A DNA stretch of 64,000 nt from Octopus vulgaris (taxonomy: Eukaryota): NCBI GenBank assembly GCA_951406725.2, contig OX597826.1, positions 14,694,001-14,758,000 of the forward strand. Reading direction: 5' to 3'. Positions 28,940-44,204 of the stretch are shown piece after piece; positions within the stretch are counted from its first letter, which is position 1, and every line of letters starts with the position of its first letter. Position numbers and translations under genes: made by a program. Under the pieces are notes generated by a model that saw only the letters and a program-made list of their open reading frames with translations, did not search any database and was not told the DNA's origin.

Positions 28940-28984
28940 AGACAGATAGATAAATAGATATGTATACCTATATATACATATATA

Positions 28985-29286
28985 GAAGTCTCTAACAGCA
29001 TGTCATATTAACCACCAATGCTGGTCAGACCTGGCTGCGGACCGTGATGTCTGGCTCCACACCATTTTCAACGCAGTCAGCAAGTTTGGGGAACAAAGAA
29101 GAGACGCACTTAAAGACAAGAGACGCAGGAGGAAGGCGCGAGCCGCCTCTGACACCACACCGAATGTTACCTTCGTCTGTGGACACTGCTCACGGACCTG
29201 CGTTTTCCATATCTGACTTGTCAGTCATGAGCGTGCATGCACGCGACGTGGACAGCCTTCTGATCTTCGTTCGCGAAGCCGAGCCA
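28985..29286 (+). mobile_element. RTE (BovB-like) LINE 3' end
   Basis: WSDLAADRDVW...KRRRRKAR...FVCGHCSRTCVFHI*LVSHERAC is the RTE C-terminal zinc finger with one in-frame stop. Confidence 0.88.
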
Positions 29287-29295
29287 TTTTTTTTT

Positions 29296-30445
<1,150 letters not shown>

Positions 30446-30449
<4 letters not shown>

Positions 30450-30795
30450 GTTTTCGGTATGGAAAAGAACCATATTCGGTAAAAACTTTTACAAGAAGTT
30501 TTATATATAATTAAAACAATAATTAAGGGTTTAGCAACAAGTTGCTTCACCACATACCCAAAATTTAGAAATAGCAGCCAAAAGACCGTTATTTCTTTCC
30601 GCTACAAAATATGACTCCACTACAGTCATAATTTGTATCGAAAAGAAATAGCGGTCGTTTGGCTACTATTCCTAAATTTTTGGTGTGTGGTGAAGCAACT
30701 TGTTGCTAAACCTTTAATTATTGTTTTAGTTATATATAAAACTTCTTGTATAAGTTTTTTACCGAATATGGTTCTTTTCCATACCGAAAACTACT
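30446..30795. repeat. Long palindrome (~170-bp arms, 7-nt spacer)
   Basis: 30446-30616 is the reverse complement of 30624-30795, with scattered mismatches; flanked by (TA)n. Confidence 0.9.
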
Positions 30796-30861
30796 TGGTA
30801 AATTTTATTAACTATAAATTATTATTTTTTACCCTATATCTATAATGATTATATATATAAG

Positions 30862-30896
<35 letters not shown>

Positions 30897-30903
30897 AGTG
30901 TGT

Positions 30904-30973
<70 letters not shown>

Positions 30974-31290
30974 ATATATACAAGATTTACGGAATGCTGT
31001 AGAATTTCTTATTCGCACACACGACAACCCTAATCGCCTACGGTGGAATATAAAAAGAACTTTTTCCCGCTTATCCCTCTTTGATACGAAAAAATCCACA
31101 ATCTTAAGTCTCAATAAATCACTATTGTCCCTGAAAATTCTTTTTTTATATTCACTACGGGTTGCTTGAAGCTAACTTTCTTCCTACACCTTCATCCCTG
31201 GGGGACTCCTACATAGGGTAACTGTTGCATTTGCTCAGTATATTTGGTTTGGTTGCTTGTTTCTCAGGAGATTGTGAAAGTAATGTGGAC

Positions 31291-31333
31291 GTCTCTGATG
31301 AGATCCCAATAAGGTTCGAAAATCGATTAAGGT
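31291..31333 (+). ncRNA. Minimal type I hammerhead motif (weakened stems)
   Basis: gtct-CTGATGA-gatcccaataaggttc-GAAA-atcgat-TA-aggt; palindromic stem III AATCGATT. Confidence 0.6.
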
Positions 31334-31557
31334 TGTTCATCATTTTACAGTCTGCGAAGAAATGGCTAAAATTTGACCCCTGTTCATAATTATGTCATAT
31401 GTCATATGTTTGTGTGTGTGCGTGTGTATGTGTGTGAGTGTGCGTGTGTACATATATATATATATGGCAAATGAAAGATGGAAGATGGATAATACGAGAA
31501 TGTATTATTAATCATGACAATTGTCGTGGAGTAAGTATTTCATTTATGTCTTACGTA

Positions 31558-31620
31558 TTTATCGCTGACGAGGGGAAAATTCTTATGAATTAACCCCGAA
31601 ATTGGGACCAATACGGGAAT
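31558..31620 (+). ncRNA. Type I hammerhead motif with complete stem III
   Basis: ttatcg-CTGACGA-gggg[18 nt]cccc-GAAA-ttgg-ga-ccaa-TA-cgggaa. Confidence 0.72.
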
Positions 31621-31766
31621 AACGGAATTTTTTAGAAATTTCTTTCAGCTTGTTTTGAGACGCATAAATTATAATGGTTATTGACAATTTTATCTTTTTT
31701 CGGCGTATTTGGCATTAGAATTTTTCTTTTGCTCTTATTTTATAAATATATATATATATATATATA

Positions 31767-31929
31767 GGCGCAGGAGTGGCTGTGTGGTAAGTAGCTTGCT
31801 AACCAACCACATGGCTCCGGGTTCAGTCCCACTGCGTGGCATCTTGGGCAAGTGTCTTCTGCTATAGCCCCGGGCCGACCAATGCCTTGTGAGTGGATTT
31901 GGCAGACGGAAACTGAAAGAAGCCTGTCG

Positions 31930-31962
<33 letters not shown>

Positions 31963-32152
31963 TTGTGTGTCCCCCTAGCATTGCTTGACAACCGATGCTG
32001 GTGTGTTTACGTCCCCGTCATATAGCGGTTCGGCAAAAGAGACCGATAGAATAAGTACTGGGCTTACAAAGAATAAGTCCCGGGGTCGATTTGCTCGACT
32101 AAAGGCGGTGCTCCAGCATGGACGCAGTCAAATGACTGAAACAAGTAAAAGA

Positions 32153-32154
<2 letters not shown>
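31767..32154 (+). mobile_element. SINE family A, full length
   Basis: Head ggcgcaggagtggctgtgtggtaagtagcttgc; nearly identical to the copy at 33966. Confidence 0.95.
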
Positions 32155-32219
<65 letters not shown>

Positions 32220-33965
32220 CATATACATATATGTGTGAGTGAGTGTGCGTATGCGTATAGATAAATATTTATACTTATATGTACATACGTTTACATATAT
32301 ACACAGACATGCACACGCGTTCACACATGCAAATAAGATTGCGAGTGTTGGGTATATGTTTATATAGATCTGTTCATATTCTTTTTGAACGCATCAATAA
32401 GTTCTTCAAATGTAAACATTGTTCAGTGCTCAATTGTAGATTATTCATCAATACATGATCGATTTAAAACATCAGATGCATCTTTGTACAGAAAAATGAC
32501 GAGAGATATGAATATTGGAGTACACATATATTTATATATATCTTGCTGACAGAAGCCTACGCAAGGCTGGGTGTGTGTGCGAAATACAAAATTCAACCCA
32601 TACACACACTTAACCAAACATTCAGTATAGGTATAATTAAATTTACTCATTCATGATTAACATGTTGATCAATAGATATGTGAGTAATATATATATATGT
32701 ACACGAAAACACACCATGCTGTGAAGTGTATATAATCTGACATTCTAAGTTGCATACAATATAAATATACTAGAATTCATAAATACATTGAAATACACAT
32801 ATTTATTTCGCTCGCGTGCACACCTACCCACATATATATGTATGCATGCATATAATTAAGTATATAAGAATACACACACACACACACACACTCACACACA
32901 CTCACACATACACGCACACATACATGCACTTATTGTCTCTCTTACAGTGGATTTTTTTCCTTTCTTCTTTATCAAAACATCGATATTTTATCACCCAATT
33001 TTCACTCCGCATGTTGTACCCTTCCTTTCTTTTTTACTTTCAACTCCCACGCTTTTTCATTTTCTTTCGACCTTTTTCCTTATGTCTCTACACATTTTTT
33101 CTTTATATTCCTTTTTTCGTTGCCATCTATTCCTGTTCCAGATGGTTTCATTCCATTATTTCATTCTTTTCACTCCCATCTTTCCATTTCCTCCTTCTTC
33201 TCTGTGTTTAACCCTTTTCCTTTCTTTTTATTGTTTGTTGAATTTAGCATGTTATTTCTTCTAACAACTTAATTATTTCAAAATACCGCTTAAGCTCCCG
33301 ATAATATAACGCTGATTAAAAAACAGTTGCAGTCAGAGCAATATCAACAAAAGAACAAATAAACAACATATCCAATCCAAGATCTTCATTTTTACCCAAT
33401 ACCAAACTAAGATAGAGGAACACTCGACCATAAAATTAAAGAATAATAGAATTTTATAGTCATTCCTAAATTCTGAATAATTTCGTAATTCATGATAAGG
33501 ATATTAACCAATAAACCTAACGAGGTAATGTTTTTGTCATAATTTTTTTACTCATTTTTTTCTCAATTATTTATTGAATGATAGGATATTTTAATTGTCG
33601 TTTTATCTCACATCCAACATATAACTAACATAGCGCCTTTCTTTATGGAATAAAGTTAAGAAAAATTACTAAATGGTTCTTTTTGCATGTAAGTATCATA
33701 CTTCAGAATAGACTATGGCAGTTATTGTAGAAAGCCAAAAGTATTTTCCAGTTAATTAAAATCATACACGTAATAAAGAAACTTTATTATCAGTTTTATT
33801 TCAGTAATTATGTCTAAACATCGAAATCAATATAAGTATTAATGTGGACGAGTGTCTGATATTTGGCATGTATGGTTACAACTCAGGGTATTTCGGGTAT
33901 ATTAGACTGGGGAACATGTAAAACATAACATATACGTTTATAATTTTGAAAATATCTCTATATAA

Positions 33966-34128
33966 GGCGCAGGAGTGGCTGTGTGGTAAGTAGCTTGCTA
34001 ACCAACCACATGGTTCCGGGTTCAGTCCCACTGCATGGCATCTTGGGCAAGTGTCTTCTGCTATAGCCCCGGGCCGACCAATGCCTTGTGAGTGGATTTG
34101 GTAGACGGAAACTGAAAGAAGCCTGTCG

Positions 34129-34163
<35 letters not shown>

Positions 34164-34366
34164 TTGTGTGTCCCCCTAGCATTGCTTGACAACCGATGCT
34201 GGTGTGTTTACGTCCCCGTCACCTAGCGGTTCGGCAAAAGAGACCGATAGAATAAGTACTGGGCTTACAAAGAATAAGTCCCGGGGTCGATTTGCTCGAC
34301 TAAAGGCGGTGCTCCAGCATGGCCGCAGTCAAATGACTGAAACAAGTAAAAGAGTAAAGAGAGAGT
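33966..34366 (+). mobile_element. SINE family A, full length
   Basis: Near-identical to the copy at 31767; tail gtaaaagagtaaagagagag. Confidence 0.95.
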
Positions 34367-34683
34367 ATAATTTCCAGCGGCAAGTATTTTCCTTTGCTCT
34401 GCCTGCCTGTCATTGGTCATAGACCGAAAATGCATATTTTAACTCTAACTTATCTACAATCAAGCAAATTTAGTAAAATTATATTTACCTGATGAGTACT
34501 GATATAGTAGAAGCATGCAGGAGTTATCATGTTATCAAGGAACAGACTCACTCCACTCAGTATACCTCAAACCTTACCAAATTCGATTTCAGAGTTCCTT
34601 GCCTTGATTCCTTGAATGTATTTATAACAAAAATATCCCGAAATTTATGAGTGATGCCTTTTCATTAAGAGTGTCAGTTTAAT

Positions 34684-34730
<47 letters not shown>

Positions 34731-35049
34731 TATGTGCGTGTGTATGTATATATATATATATATATACATACATACATATATATCCTATATATGATATATA
34801 TATACATAAATAATTATATATATATATTTGTGTGCGTATATATATAAACATATATATACATATATAATATTATAAATGATATATAAACACATGCATATCT
34901 ACATACATATATGTACATATCTACATCTATATGCATGTGTATATACATATAGATGTAGGTATATACATATATGTATATATGCATATATTTATATATTATT
35001 TATATTATTATATGATCGAACGTCACGCATCCTTTTCCAAGTAAGTTTT

Positions 35050-35675
35050 ATCTTAGTAATTATGATGCGCACTCTTCTGTCTATCTCTCTCCCTCTCTTG
35101 CTCTCCATCCTTTCTATTTTTCTCTCCCATCCTTCACTTTTCTTCTCCTCTCCCCTTCACTGTTCCCTCTCTCTTACTCCTCCTCCTCGACTCTCTCGTC
35201 ACTGACACGTGATCAGAGGGAAGCCATCTTTCTAACTGCTATCTTCACCAAAACAAGACCGCTTATCCTGTCTCTCTCATAATAAGCTGTCTCCTCAAGC
35301 GTTCAAAATATTTTTCCCTCGTCTTGGCTTAACAACCCTCATCGTTTGTTTTTACAGTGTTATTCTCTTTGTTCTGTCTTGTTTTGTTCTTACTGTCCTG
35401 TTGTTGTTGTCACTTTTACCTCTCTGCAAAAAATCCCAAATTTTATTTAATTTGATTTGCGGGAGGGACTGTTTCAACGAAGTCGCGTCTTGTCCTTACC
35501 TTCGAACGCGGAGAAGCCGAAACAGGGACAACTAAAGAAGGGGAATATTCCTTGTATTCTATGTCTGGTACTCTGTTTTTTTCATTGCTTGAAAAATAGG
35601 TCGTTTCCATCTTTTTGTATTTATGTTTTCGTTTCTCGTTGTGTTCAACGTCTTTTTTTGATGTCCTGTACCCAT
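35050..35675 (+). mobile_element. Probable retroelement (PLE-like) 3' UTR fragment between ~120-bp direct repeats
   Basis: Pyrimidine-rich segment ending in (TA)n; flanks 34930-35047 and 35713-35834 are direct repeats. Family assignment is tentative. Confidence 0.4.
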
Positions 35676-35985
35676 ATATGTATATATACATATAGACGTA
35701 TATATATACTATTATGCATGTATATATACATATAGATGTAGGAATGTACATAAATGTATGTATATATGCATATATTTATATATTATTTATATTATTATAT
35801 GATAGAACGCCACGCAGTCTTTTCCAAGTAAGTTGTATATATATATATGTATGTTTGTATGTATGTATGTATGTATGTATGTATGTATGTATGTATGTAT
35901 AAATAAAGCCATTGTTTTGTTCCAAAAGTCCACATTTGTTTGGTAAGCGGTTGTGAAACTCCCCGTAACTGTTTTTGATATAGTG

Positions 35986-36036
<51 letters not shown>

Positions 36037-36066
36037 ATACACGGTCTTACACACACTCACACACAT

Positions 36067-36352
36067 GTATGTATGTATGAATGTATGTATGTATGTATGA
36101 ATGTATGTATGTATGAATGTATGTATGTATGTATGTATGTATGTATGTATGTATGTATGTATGTATGAATGTATGTATGTATGTATGAATATATGTATGA
36201 ATGAATGTATGTATGTATGTATGTATGAATGTATGTATGTATGTATGTATGTATGTATGTATGTATGTATGTATGTATGTATGTATGTATGTATGTATGT
36301 ATGTATGTATGTATGTATGTATGTATGTATGAATGTATGTATTAATGTATGT
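36067..36352. repeat. (TATG)n microsatellite
   Basis: Direct reading. Confidence 0.97.
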
Positions 36353-37169
36353 ACTCTGTGACAATTTGAATGCTTGTGTGGGTGTTCCATTATATGAAAC
36401 ACGTAATAAGTTATACTGAAAGATATTCTATAAACAAGTTTTTCAAATATCCCCCATTAAATATAAAAGCATCTGTACAGCTCGTATTCACGATTCAACG
36501 TTGTGTTCCTGACAGTCTAATTAGAAAAGTGAGGGAAATTCCAATGCCTATCATGTATATATTCCGTGAATGAATATTTGTCCTTTCTTGCTGCCTATCT
36601 CTGATTTGTAAGTCAATTATACTCAGCTAAAAAAGGCTAGTTTGCAAGAAATCCATTTTAGTCACGAAAGCACTTCGAATTATTATACCTTTGTGATGCC
36701 AAACGATATAAAGATGTGGGGAAATATACTCGAAACAGCAGTCTGAAAGACACAGAACGCATATATTCATGCGAGGATTTGGCTATGTATGTATGTAAAT
36801 ACGTGTGTATGCGCGTGATTTTGCACGTTTCTTTTCGCGCCTGTGTCTGCTCCAACCAATAAGCGTTTCTCTGTTTATATTTTGCCTGCAAAATAATAAA
36901 TACATTCAAAGAAGACATATATTTTTAATAATTTTATTTCTTAAAGAGAGGTTTAAGTTATATTAAATCTCTGAGCAATAGATAAACAGCAACAGTACGG
37001 AATCGTAAAATATATTTTCCTACTAAATGTGGTGGTCCTATAGAGGACGATGTTACTGTTGTTTTTAGCCCCAGGAAGACATCTCTTTCAGCTCGCTAAC
37101 GAAACACAGCCTGTGTCCGATTAGTATTTGCGCGGGAGGTCATCGCTTCCATCTCTAGCCTTACGTGAC

Positions 37170-37216
37170 ACACACAAACCCGGGTTTCTGCCTGGTTACC
37201 CGTCTTCAGTGTGTGT
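37170..37216 (-). ncRNA. Type I hammerhead motif in a copy of the 12.6-kb PLE-derived repeat (37040-37220)
   Basis: acacaca-CTGAAGA-cgggtaaccaggca-GAAA-cccggg-TT-tgtgtgt. Downstream cctggggctaaaaacaacagtaacat matches ~12731-12755. Confidence 0.7.
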
Positions 37217-37838
37217 TAATCTCTGGTTACTGATGAAGAACTCATTCTACTCGCAAAATACTTTATCCTTTTTCTAAAGAGAGAGATAAGTTATATTAAA
37301 TCTCTGAGCGAGAGATAAAGAGTAACAATACTGAATCGTAAGAGATATTTGCCAACTTATTTTTGGGAAATCGTATTCAGGATTTTAGCCCAAGTTGTTC
37401 CACTCAATTATTTGCCTGCTAATTGATTTTCATAATCATAGATTTGTGGCTGCGCTTTTAAGACTAAAAATGTCGATAATAGTGGTGATGATGATGATGA
37501 TGATGAAGACGACGACGACGACGATGATGAAGATGATAAAGTGGGGGAAAAAAAGGAATGAAGAACAAGCTGATTAAGGATCGGTATGAAGAACAAGCTG
37601 TTCAAGAATATGAGACAGATAACGGAATAGAGAAATGTCAACGACAAATCCATAATTCTTAACGTTTTAATTCAATTTATGATCATAAGTTAACTGCAAT
37701 AAAATGGAGAATAGGACCGTGGAATTACTAAAAATTAAAAAAGATGGAGAGACAGAAATAGTAACTTTTCGTGTAGTAACATAGTGAGAAAAAAATGATT
37801 AACCATATCAATTCATCATGTCGTTGCACAACTGCTAT

Positions 37839-37924
37839 GTTACGGGGACCTAAACACACCAGCATCGGTTTTCAAGCGGTGGGTGGGGGTGCAAACACAG
37901 ATACATAAACACACATATACATAC

Positions 37925-37974
<50 letters not shown>

Positions 37975-39006
37975 GCAGCGTGGAAGGTGTTTATAAGCCA
38001 TTTAATATATATATACATATATATCCGATGGGCTTCTATCAGTTTCCGTCTCCATTCACAAGGCTTTCGTCGACCCAAGGCTATAGCAGAAGACACTTGC
38101 CCAAGGTGCTACGCAGTGGGACTGAAACTGGAACTATATGGTTGGGAAGCAAGCTTCTTTATTTCATAAAATTGGCCATATAGGCCTTACACAGAGAAGC
38201 TTGTGGGCTGGACATAGACAAAATGAGAGGAAATGAAACAAAATGACACAGGTGAGAGGGATGTCGGTGCCCACCGACAGACAAACGCTCGAATACAAAG
38301 TTTCTTTCAAAATTATGCAACAATCCTCCTTGTCAGGGCCCCCAAGCAAAGTGAATTGCCACCTGCTGACAACTCTGCATCGACGAGTCGGGGCCTGCAA
38401 AGAGGAAAGCAAATTCTTCCTTGTCAAAGGTCGCTGTGACCTTTGACAACATTGTATCAGTTACTACCTCCGCAGCTACCTGCGGAGGCCACATCGGACA
38501 ACTTGAGTAGACCGAGTACGCACGTTCTCGGTCACCCAAGCCGTCCAAAAATTCACTCACCGTCCCTCCCTCGTGGTAAAGGAGGATAAACACCTCCTCT
38601 TCACGGGAAGGGACCTCACACTGCTCCGTCAGTGGCACACTTCCCACTGACGGAGCCCTATCCGCAGGTGGCACTCATCCCACCTGCGACTCCGTCGGCG
38701 GCCCAGGAACATCCGCCGACCGTCCTCTGCTCCTCTTTTTCCTCTTTCTTTTTAAGGCTGCGGGAGCAGGGGGCTGCGTCGACAGACGCGGGGGTCGCTA
38801 TCCTCCTCCGTCCCAGAGCTGGGCACAATTTACTGAAAAATTAATTCACACGCAATAAATTATGCCCAGCTCACAACAAACAAAATCACCTACATCGACA
38901 ACCTTCTCTGTTTTTTGTTCTTTTTTCTTTTTAGGACGGAGCTCAAAGCTCACGTCCTCACTGTTCAACTGGAAGCAAGCTTCTTACCACATAGCTACGC
39001 GTGCGT
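37839..39006 (-). mobile_element. Older SINE family A copy interrupted by an 811-bp insertion
   Basis: Body at 37839-38159 and head at 38971-39006; 15-bp TSD ggaagcaagcttctt at 38145-38159 and 38971-38985. Confidence 0.88.
38160..38970 (-). mobile_element. TSD-flanked, GC-rich, hairpin-dense non-autonomous retroelement (possibly Tx1/L1-derived)
   Basis: Perfect 15-bp TSD and no TIRs. The minus-strand 3' end ...tgaaata forms AATAAA with the target. It contains a basic stretch (LKRKRKKRSRGRS) but no RT or endonuclease motifs. Confidence 0.8.
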
Positions 39007-39419
39007 GTATATATATATACAGGAAGAGAGAGAGGGGATGAAAGGGAGAGAGTGAAAGCGGGAGAGAATGAGGAGAGATACCAGTCTATTGTGAATCTAT
39101 TCTGGGTTTATACAGCTCTCTTTAACATCTCTGTCTCCCTTGCTCTCTCTTCAACGCTTTCTCGTATATACTCCTTCGGCAAAATGCGCTTGGAGACCAC
39201 TAACAGGGATCTTTTCTCTAAAATTGAATAAAGTTCAGAGATAAGCCAGCAGACAAATTTCATATACAAGTTAAAACCCATGTGGAACCATCCAAATATG
39301 AACTTACTTGTGACATCTATATCTATGTGCTTGTATGTGAGTTCATAAATATGCACTTGTATATATTATATCTGTATGTCTGTATATTTATACACATACA
39401 TATATATGTCAACTTATGT

Positions 39420-40940
<1,521 letters not shown>

Positions 40941-41199
40941 CTCATTCATGCATATAGAAATACATATACATATGTGTGTTGCAACTAATACTACTACTAT
41001 TCACATTAGAATGATAGGTAACAGTTTATGTATTTGTGCGCGCACGTGTTTGTTCAAGTTTTTCCCGAGCCTATTTGCTTGTGTTCGCACTCAGATTTAA
41101 ATATGTACGTGTGAGTGCATTTGTATGGGAAAGGAAGAATGCCTTTTCCGCATACCTGAGCGTCAAACAAACATCCATACTTTCATAGCTAGGCATGTG

Positions 41200-43575
41200 T
41201 TTATCTCTCTCTTTCTGCATTTTCGCAGGCATCTCCGACATTTGAACATCTACCGGGCCGAGCTCTCGGCCCTTCGAAGTCTCCGACGCCGACAAGACAT
41301 CATCAACAAACCAGCTGACAAAGGTAGAACTATGGTGGTATGGCTTGCAAACCTCCATAAACTGAAGCGCTCCTCAAACTTCAAAACATTCCTTTCTATC
41401 ACCCTCTGCGCTCCAACCCTGCACCACACTATGAACATATTGCATCTTCTACAATTCACGTCATTTTCTCCTCGCCCTATCTCCCATCGTCTCCAACCTC
41501 ATTGTCCGTAGCCCCACACCCTCTCACTATTTACTTCCTTCTCAAGATCCACAAGCCCAACAATCCTGGCCGCCCATAATTTCTACCTGTCATTTCCAAG
41601 TACCTCGACATTTTCCTCGGCCCTCAAGTGGCTTACTTCCCCACACATTTATGACACAAACCATACTCCCGATTTATTGAATTATTTCTCCTTCCTTCTA
41701 TACTCCTCAGACACTTGTTGACTCTCAATATTAAATCATACACTGTGATCCCGCACAACGAAGGTCTTCTTGCACTTAAACACTTTCTCTATCTTCGTCC
41801 AGATCCTCAACCGACACCTCTACTCTTCTTCGTTTGGCTGAACTCATCATCTCCGTCAACTGCTTCTCGTTCGTGGGGATTTTTACCATCAGGTCTCGGG
41901 AGTGGCCATGGGAATGAGAATGGTCCCCAACTATGCGAACCTGTTCGTCTGCTATGTTGAGGTCCAAATATTCTCACAGTTCACTGGTCTTACTCCTGAG
42001 CTATATGGTTGTTGTATTGACGACTGTATCACGACGACCTCGTTCTTCCACAAACATCTTGACTCCTTTCTCTCATTCGTTCAGTCCTTCCACCCTGCCC
42101 TCGAATTCTCCTTCTCTTTCTCCAAATCCTCCATTGAATTTCTTGATATTTCTGTAATCATCTACCACTCGGTTCTCAACACCTCCATATACTATAAACA
42201 CACAGACCACTCTGCTTTCTCTCGCTGCTTAAATGCTCCATCTCCTATTCCCAATTCCTCCGTCTAGTCAGCTTGACAGTGGCGACGACTTTGAGACCCA
42301 GTCTCAACTCATGACTTAACACTCCACTCTAGGTGGATACCTCCTCATCATTATCCAAACAGCACTCGCCCGTGCACGATCCGTTGACCGTGCCTCTGCT
42401 TTCGCTCGCTACTTACATGCTTCACTTTCCTCCTCACCTACCATCCTTCCAACCTACCCCTGTAATGACCATTCTCCGAACCTTCCGTCGGCTCCAATGC
42501 AACCCTCTCCACTTCCCACAATTTCCCCATTCTGCCCTTTCCTTACTTCAAACTCGCCCATAATCTGCGTGATCTTCTGGTCTGTGGTTCCTTCCCCGTT
42601 CCTGGCACCTGACCTAGCTCTTTTCCTTGCTCTCGCCCATGATGTCGCACCTGCTCTTACCTCTCCAACACTACTTCACTGGCACCCACCACTGTTCCTA
42701 CCACATCACAGACTCATTTTCCTGTATGTACAGCAATGTCGTCTATTGTACCTCCTGCTCTCTTGCCCTTCCCTATACATTAGCCGCTTAGGCAACCGGT
42801 TCACTGAACATCCCCCAGACATCAGTCTCGGCAATGACACTCGGTCTAGTCTACCTGTGATCAACCGGTTATTTACTGCAGCATTTATCTGTGTTTGGAC
42901 TGTCTTTACACAGAAACCACCCGGACTCCCGCCTCTGCCGTGAACAAGTATTTCATTCCTCTCTTTATTACATTGCTCCTATGGCCTTAATTCATCACCT
43001 TTCTTCTTCTAAAACCAACCCTAGTCACATTTACACACACCTCTCACTTTCAAATTTCCATCTTTCTCTATCCCCACACTTGTACACCGCGTAAGTCAGT
43101 ACCCTCACTACACACATAATTATATAATATCCATACACACTGTTCAACTCAGTACCCAAACTACACACCATTATGCACACACACACACACACACACACTC
43201 ACATGTGCATGCACTCACACACATCTTTCCACTCCTCACACACTAGCACACAATACCTTCCAACCGCTAGCATTCATCACTCCTATCTCATCTCGCATTA
43301 AGCTCGCTCACACATACACTCACATGCGCTCGCTCTCATTTACACATATACACTCTCGGTCACCATTCTTAAATACACACATTCAATTGCGTACCGCAGT
43401 TAAGTCGAGTCTCCGCTATTATCTCCCCTTCACTCAGCCTTTTCCTCTCATCCCTTCCTGTCGAAGAGCCTAGGCTCGAAACGTCAATGACTTCTCCATT
43501 CTTTCCAAGTGCCAAACTATTACACCTACTTGCTATTCCCTCACCTGCTTTGTTTCTTTTTGTTTTCTGCACATT
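41200..43575 (+). mobile_element. Decayed Penelope-like element, Neptune type (RT plus GIY-YIG pseudogene and 3' end)
   Basis: Frameshifted motifs in the expected order: DIINKPADKG; KIHKPNNPGRP; IKSYTVIPHNEGL; QVSGVAMG..PNYANLF; CIDDC (from YIDD); IEFLDISV; CSRP*CRTC linker; FSCMYSNVVYC; RLGNRFTEH. Confidence 0.92.
43454..43490 (+). ncRNA. Non-canonical hammerhead-like motif (CUGUCGA core) at the PLE 3' end
   Basis: cttc-CTGTCGA-agagcctaggctc-GAAA-cg-TC-aatg; stem I is decayed. Confidence 0.5.
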
Positions 43576-43770
43576 TGAACTATATACATACATACATACA
43601 CACACACGCTATATATATATATATAAGATATAAGATATATATATAATATATATACATATATATATAATATATTTACATATATATATAATATATATACACA
43701 TATATATAAATATAATATACATACATATATATATATATAATGTACATAAATAATATACATATATATATAT

Positions 43771-43860
43771 ATAAATTTAATGTTATATAAATATTTGTTC
43801 TTAAATTTAATGTTATATAAATATTTGTTCCTAAATTTAATGTTATATAAATATTTGTCT
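43771..43860. repeat. 30-bp minisatellite, 3 copies
   Basis: taaatttaatgttatataaatatttgt repeated three times. Confidence 0.93.
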
Positions 43861-44160
43861 CTAACCGATAAATTAACTGCTGTCACTATTAGCTGCAGGC
43901 TAGTTTCGTCCATTGCGCAAATTAGAGACATTTGATATATATTTATGTAATAGGCGTACTATGCACGCGATATTTCGGTATCACACACACACAATGGCTG
44001 ACTTTTCCTGCGGAAATAACAGCCGAAACTGAATTTAGTACATGGGTAAATATTTATTTCGTATATTTTTCACTTGTTTATATATATACTTTTTGTGGAG
44101 AATGGCGATTTGACGTTATATCTAGCATGTTGACTGTCCACTTTTTCGTGTTCAGTCCTA

Positions 44161-44204
<44 letters not shown>

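Noticed and set aside
34486-34522. Degenerate hammerhead (ctgatgagtact...agtagaagcatgc)
   Set aside because: GAAA, the cleavage triplet and stem I are all broken; it may be a relic but is not supportable.
43771-43860. CRISPR-like array
   Set aside because: The repeats are contiguous with no spacers, in a eukaryotic context.
43985-44046. Hammerhead half (ggctg...cagcc-GAAA-ctgaatttag-TA)
   Set aside because: The CUGANGA core is absent; at best a dead PLE remnant.
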